The notes under the pieces are model-generated. The model was not told the DNA's origin. It did no database searches and saw only the letters and a list, made by a program, of their open reading frames with translations. The translations under genes were made by a program, and so were the position numbers. Shown one piece after another: positions 19,106-20,000 of a stretch of 20,000 nt of DNA; the first letter of the stretch is position 1, and every line of letters starts with the position of its first letter. Source of the DNA: Stramenopiles sp. TOSAG23-2 (lineage: Eukaryota); assembly GCA_900128395.1 (NCBI GenBank), contig LT649238.1:61310-81309 (forward strand), in the 5' to 3' direction.

Positions 19106-19945
19106 TTAAGTTGCTTGCACGGTCAGACAAAAATTTTCTATTGCATTTAATACTTTTAAGATATTGTTAATACCTTTAATACTACCATTATCTTTACGAC
19201 CATCCTCTGGCTTGGATTTATACCAATGTGCAAAATCAATTAATTTCACATCGGTAGTATTATTATTATTACTATCGCCTTCATATACAAATAATAATGA
19301 ATGTGCATAAAATCGAAAATCTGTTTGTTCTTCAAACCATTTCAATACATTTTCTAATTTACTTTTAATACTTTTTACTGCATCTAAACGAACCAATTGA
19401 CCATCAAAAAAGAAATTCATCAAACCTTGTCCAGCATTTAAATTGGTTAAATGTCTACCATATTGGTTATCAAATTTTCTATATGCTTTTTGTTCAATAT
19501 CATATATTTTCATACCAGTTAACCTATATCCAAGTTGTTCTTGATATTTAAATTTTTTTATTTGTTTCGCTTTTTTCTCATCACTTGCATCTTCATCATA
19601 TGTTTGCGTACCAATTTTCAAATCAATGACACATGGTTTTCGATAATCAGTCTCTATATTCATTATTTTAATGAATTTCTCTTCGTCCTGATTAAATTCA
19701 ACACCATAATATTTAAGTATAAAATCTAAAGCTAAACTACCTGGATTTGAGTGTTTCGACTCACTACTCCAAAATTCTTCATAAAATGCTATTTCTTTGT
19801 CACCACGAATATCTTTATGGATCGGTTTTAAGAACAAATTATTAACGTATAAGCTTTTCCTACCTTTTCTTGCTCGTGAATTGACGGTATTTACACTTTT
19901 TATATTACTAAAATCGATTTTTTGCGATGTATTATTATCATTATG

Positions 19946-19999
<54 letters not shown>
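19106..19999 (-). CDS. Inositol polyphosphate (multi)kinase, IPK family (5' partial)
   Basis: PCVIDLKIG (PxxxDxKxG), EIAFYE, GYRLTGM, HSLLFVYEG (SSLL-like) and VKLIDFAH. The frame stays open upstream of the track's TTG start (19837) through ...NNNHNDNNTSQKIDFSNIKSVNTVNSRARKGRKSLYVNN to the window edge. Confidence 0.92.

Positions 20000-20000
<1 letters not shown>
19947..20000. repeat. (ATT)n microsatellite encoding poly-Asn in the IPK reading frame
   Basis: Perfect ATT/AAT triplet run, read as AAT codons in frame with the kinase ORF on the minus strand. Confidence 0.9.

Noticed and set aside
1..20000. Alternative genetic code or giant-virus origin
   Set aside because: Long ORFs translate cleanly in the standard code with TAA, TAG and TGA all terminating genes at plausible ends. 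No viral hallmark genes are present, and microsatellites and gene content look cellular.

Overview
AT-rich, gene-dense eukaryotic (protist-like) DNA with long, apparently intronless ORFs, poly-Asn tracts and microsatellites, mostly arranged as head-to-head gene pairs. In order: the 5' end of a secreted protein (-), a 136-bp TA-flanked MITE, a frameshifted and truncated TYW3 N-terminal remnant (+, not in the ORF track), a rhodanese/SAM-methyltransferase fusion (-), a small ABM/Dabb-like protein (+), a DGAT2/MGAT acyltransferase (-), a single-chain beta-alpha fused nitrile hydratase preceded by a 101-bp tandem duplication (+), a TBC Rab-GAP (-), a CTL/SLC44 transporter with a C-terminal TerD domain split over two frames (-), a small secreted protein split over two frames (-), a half-size ABCB transporter (+) and an inositol polyphosphate kinase running off the window end (-). 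The most unusual items are the CTL-TerD fusion, the fused NHase with an Asn-rich rather than His-rich linker and a CTLCSCF motif, and the TYW3 remnant abutting the stop codon of a convergent gene. Three frame breaks could be consensus errors, tiny introns or real lesions. All family calls come from motif recognition by eye; no searches were run.
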